64,000 nt of DNA, taken from positions 82,970 through 146,969 of the forward strand of contig NW_015174315.1 in the NCBI RefSeq assembly GCF_001447785.1. Reading direction: 5' to 3'. The notes under the pieces were generated by a model, which was not told the DNA's origin, ran no database searches, and saw nothing but the letters and a program-made list of their open reading frames with translations. The translations under genes were made by a program, and so were the position numbers. Each line of letters opens with the position of its first letter. Position 1 is the stretch's first letter. This document shows, one piece after another, positions 60,133 through 64,000 of the stretch. The stretch comes from Gekko japonicus (taxonomy: Eukaryota).

Positions 60133-61044
60133 CCCCTAAATCATATCCCCAAACAGGGTCCCGATGTCTCTCAGGATCCCCCATGCCCATGAAGCTGCAA
60201 GAGATGTGGAACTGTCATTCCATGGAATCATCTCAAATGTTGCTTTCGCTGTTCAGTGACATAAGGAGACCAAGCAGCCTTGGGCTTGGAATCCTTTTCA
60301 GGAGTTCAGAACTGCTATGTAAGATGCTGTAGTTACTTAGTAATATGCTGAGGGTGTTAAAACATACTATAACATTATTCAGATTAAAGAATGAAAAGAA
60401 CACAAGACCTAACAAAGTAATACAGCTTTTTCTGAGCAAGTCCTTCATGGCAGTTTGCCCGGCCAATTTATCTTGAGCCATAAGTAAAATCTGGTCTGGA
60501 ATTGCTCCAGATTTTGGTACCATGAAACCGTAATAAAACATGAAATGGGCTTCTGAATATTACATGTTGCTTCCAGTTTTGGAGTCTCTTATGTGGTGTC
60601 CTTCTTAGGGAAGTGTAAAGAGAATTGCTGGTTTTCATCTATGCAGCGTCTGGGCCATGAGACACCCTAAGCAGAAGATCTTGGCTTGAGATTACTACTG
60701 GAGGAGTTGGCCTGCTGGTTCACAGCCCTCAGTTCTTCTGCTTTTAAAGTTAGTGTCTTGCAGATGGCTCTTATGTGGATGTGTGTGTTAAATTAAGCAC
60801 TGGGACTCTTTAGCCCCCTCCCCCCCAAATATCGGAGTCCTGAAATTAGATCCTACTCTGTATATAAATGGCATCTTTGTTGGGTTTCTTCCTATTCTTT
60901 GAACATTTTGCAAGCCTTCATATGACATTCTTCTGAGCTTTGGAATTATCTGCTTTTCTTCTGGAGGGTGGGGAAGGGATTGACCCCAAGAATATTCTTC
61001 TGAGGTGTTTTAGTTCTGCTGCCTTCTGGATGGCGAGAAGCGTC

Positions 61045-61122
61045 TGTCCACTGCCCTTTTTGTGTTGTACTACTAGCAAACCTGCACAAAAAGCAGTGCA
61101 ATGTTAAAAGGGCATTGGCCAG
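61045..61122 (+). ncRNA. MIR130C: pre-miR-130 family hairpin (miR-130c-type; mature 3p 61094-61115)
   Basis: 3p CAGTGCAATGTTAAAAGGGCAT (miR-130a/c mature sequence); 5p GCCCTTTTTGTGTTGTACTACT 61053-61074 pairs with it. Confidence 0.93.
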
Positions 61123-62574
61123 CAATGCTGTTCGCCTCACTGCATTGTTCCGGATGGCCTTGCCCAGTCAGCTAAAATACAACTGGAAAGGAAGTATGCT
61201 ATTTTACTGTTGTGTGTCTGTTAGAGATGTGTTAATGTCTCGAACAGGGGTATGGAATGCTTTATATATCTGGGTGAGATGTACACAATACTTATTTTCC
61301 TATGAAGCCCAAAGTTTCTACTGCTTTAGGAACATAAAATGTATCATACATTAATTAATTAGCATGCAAAATCAGATAAAACTATAAATTATCATTTTCA
61401 GAATTATTATCTTCAGAATTTAAAAGTACAAATTCTTTTCTACAAGCAGAATTGCAATTTATACCCAGTATTAGGGCGAGAGCTGCCATGTTCTACTCCC
61501 TGTGCCACCTAAGTAGGTATATCTTAATTCTTGCCAGCAGAGAGATATGAAGAAGTAACAGTTGAAATGAGTAAACAGATTTTGCAGTTAAAAAAATATA
61601 AAGAGAAACAGTCTTGTCCAGTAGTAATGGGACTACTGGAATTTTGTAGCTATCAAGTTAAACTTTCTAACACTGAACTCTTTAATAATGGGTTATCACT
61701 AAACACATTAAGGCATATTAATTTTTGCCCAAATTATTCATGTATAAACAGTAAACATACCCTTGGAAATATGTTATATATTTGTTATCATCTATATAAG
61801 ATATCACTATATCATTCCGTATATCATCTTGCATAAAATTTTTATGCTGCACATTTACAGTGTGTAGTGCCTATTCCTAAAAAGAATTTTATTCATTCCA
61901 AAACAGAAAGTATTTCATAGGAATTTTGTTTAGTCCTCGCCAAAAAAAACCCCATGTATTTTCTGTTGGAAAACCTGAAAATCTTCATTTTTTCCTGAAT
62001 GTTTCTAGCCCCCGCCCCCCAGCCTTCTCATTGCTAGAGTGGGCACATATCAACTTGCATCGGGCTGATGAGCGCTATGCCCAACAGTTGTGGGCATCCT
62101 GATGCATGTACAGCAAGTCTGGCAAATAGTCCCACGAGTTGCCAGCCTTCAGATTTGTTACTCGTTTGGATGCAAGCTCTCACATTAGCACTTCAGAAAC
62201 ATAAAGGAGAATCCACTCTTCCAGTCGGTAAAAGTTTCTCAGCCTGTTGACTTGCAGGTCATTTTTGCTTGCTCCTGGTGAGTAGGTGGGTGGCTGTTTA
62301 CAGGCCTAACAAGTGGGTACATGATACACCCAAAAATGTGCGCTTTCACTCTGTGCCTGCACGCTGTGCTAGCTTGCCTGCAGCTTGTGCACAGCAATGC
62401 CAAAGAGGAATCTACGGTCAGGAACGGGCTTCTCCTAGTCTCCAAAGTAGCCTTCTGTTAAAGGAAATGCCTTTGAGCTAGACCACTCGACTCTGGCTGA
62501 GGTGGACTTTAGAGCCAGGCCTAAACTAAGCCAGTTTTGCAGGTCAATGCAGTTTTAAGAGTAATGCAATATGG

Positions 62575-62896
62575 CAGGGCCCCCCAACCTTTTTCAGCCT
62601 GTGGGTTCCTTTGGAATTCTGACATTGGGTGCTGGGTGCAGCTGCAAAATGAGCGCCATAGGAGGTGGAGCCGCACACTGGAAACCCAAGCGCAAGGGAG
62701 AAGAGGGAAACTTAAAAAGTACCCTGGTAAAGGGTGAGAATAAGACCAGTAGTGTGGGGGTGCTGAAACAAGGTTCCCTGCACAGCCAGTCATAAGCCCA
62801 CCTGGGCCCAGCCACTTTCTAAAAACACTTGGTGGGCTCCAAGAAATGTTTCAGCAGGTGCTATGGTACCCATAAGCGCCATACTGGGGGGCCCTG
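62575..62896. mobile_element. hAT-type MITE (family of 11472-11872)
   Basis: CAGGGCCCCCAACCTTTTT...GGGGGCCCTG termini; no clear TSD. Confidence 0.6.
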
Positions 62897-63139
62897 TGGA
62901 GTAGCGTGTGGAGGAGTTTCAAATGGCCTGGTGGAAAGAGGCATGGGTATCTGATCTGCATGGGTTCCCCCCCCCCCCAGGCACTTGGGTTTAAAAATAG
63001 AAACATCTGGTTTTTCTTTTTTTGAGGGGTGTTTTGAACCTACTGACTGAAGCTTCTTTCTTGTTCATACCACAGTTGATGGTCCCTCTTGTGTTTTAAG
63101 CAGCAGAGTCCTGGTACCAACCTCTCCAGAAGTATCTCT

Positions 63140-63224
63140 CTGCTGACGAGCGCTCTGACTTCATTGCACTACTGTTCCTTCCAGCTAGCAGTGCAATAGT
63201 ATTGTCAAAGCACCTGGAAGCAGA
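63140..63224 (+). ncRNA. MIR301A: pre-miR-301 hairpin (mature 3p 63189-63211)
   Basis: 3p CAGTGCAATAGTATTGTCAAAGC; 5p GCTCTGACTTCATTGCACTACT 63152-63173; located in SKA2 intron 1 as in mammals. Confidence 0.96.
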
Positions 63225-64000
63225 ACCTGCAGCAACTCCCTTCTGGCTTCCATCTGCTACTTCAGAGTTCATGCGAGTGGATCTATCCGCGGAGGGGGCT
63301 GGGAGAGTCTTCCTTGCCTTGCGCCAGTTATGAGAATGACAAGCTGTAGCGAGGAATCCTAAGCAGGTCTTTTCAGAATTCTGCTCCTGTCTATTCAGTG
63401 GGGCTCACTCCTGGGAAAGTGTTTTAAGATTGCACTGTTAAGTTGATAACTGTAGTGAACTAAATACCATGTTCTTGAAACAGATGTGGCAGCTGATAAG
63501 TGGTCATTGCACATAAACTCTGCCCCCGGGGTCTCTTGTCTAGGTGTGCTCTTGAGTAGACACATGGTAGGTGGGGCAGTGTTGGACAGATTTGACCTAA
63601 GCACAGCCATTATTGGTCCCTAAATTAACTAAATTCAACTAAAATCTCGATCAGTTGATTGGTAGTGAAAGCTTTGCTTTTGGTTCTGGGTTGTCTTCTG
63701 TAAATAGAAAAAGAATCAAAGTGTTCAACATTCAGCAACATCTTTCCTGAAGACCCACTCACTTAGCCTTTGAAACACATTTCCTGTCTTATTTGCCCCC
63801 CCATTCGTCTCAGTCGATTACAAGTCTTGCAGACAGCACCTTAAATCTGATTTCTCTGCACAATGCCTAGATTCGAAGAACTCTGAGAAAGAAAGCACCT
63901 TTTCATTTACAAGACACACCCTGCTACACAATGCTTTTGCCTCAGTAACAAAATTGTCATGAACCAAACAGCCAGCCCCCTGGAAGGCCTGGAGAGGTCA

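Noticed and set aside
62560-62582. TAATGCAATATGGCAGGG resembling miR-454/130 family
   Set aside because: Seed mismatch, no complementary arm, and it runs into a MITE terminus.

Overview
Eukaryotic (vertebrate) DNA, most likely a squamate lizard and probably a gecko, judged from Sauria SINEs, Bov-B, Squam-like SINEs and Penelope-like ends. The window is the conserved GDPD1-SMG8-PRR11-SKA2 syntenic block (human 17q22). On the minus strand are GDPD1 exons 1-2 (the gene continues off the left edge), complete SMG8 (4 exons, 1018 aa, with a 24-Ser tract) and complete PRR11 coding sequence (9 coding exons, 343 aa, last intron GC-AG). On the plus strand is SKA2 exon 1, whose first intron carries two miR-130-family hairpins (miR-130c/130a-type and miR-301). 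PRR11 and SKA2 are head-to-head across a promoter with ten CCAAT boxes and several CHR motifs. Introns and intergenic DNA are TE-rich: the 3' end of a chromodomain Gypsy element, solo LTRs, CR1, L2, Bov-B, SINEs, hAT MITEs with 8-bp TSDs and Penelope-like foldbacks. There are two assembly gaps. Most short ORFs in the track are non-coding. I found no clearly new multi-gene system. The best leads are a possible intronic-miRNA feedback onto PRR11, unexplained near-perfect intronic hairpins, and TE insertions next to splice sites. Gene identities come from my recall of vertebrate orthologues; no database search was run.
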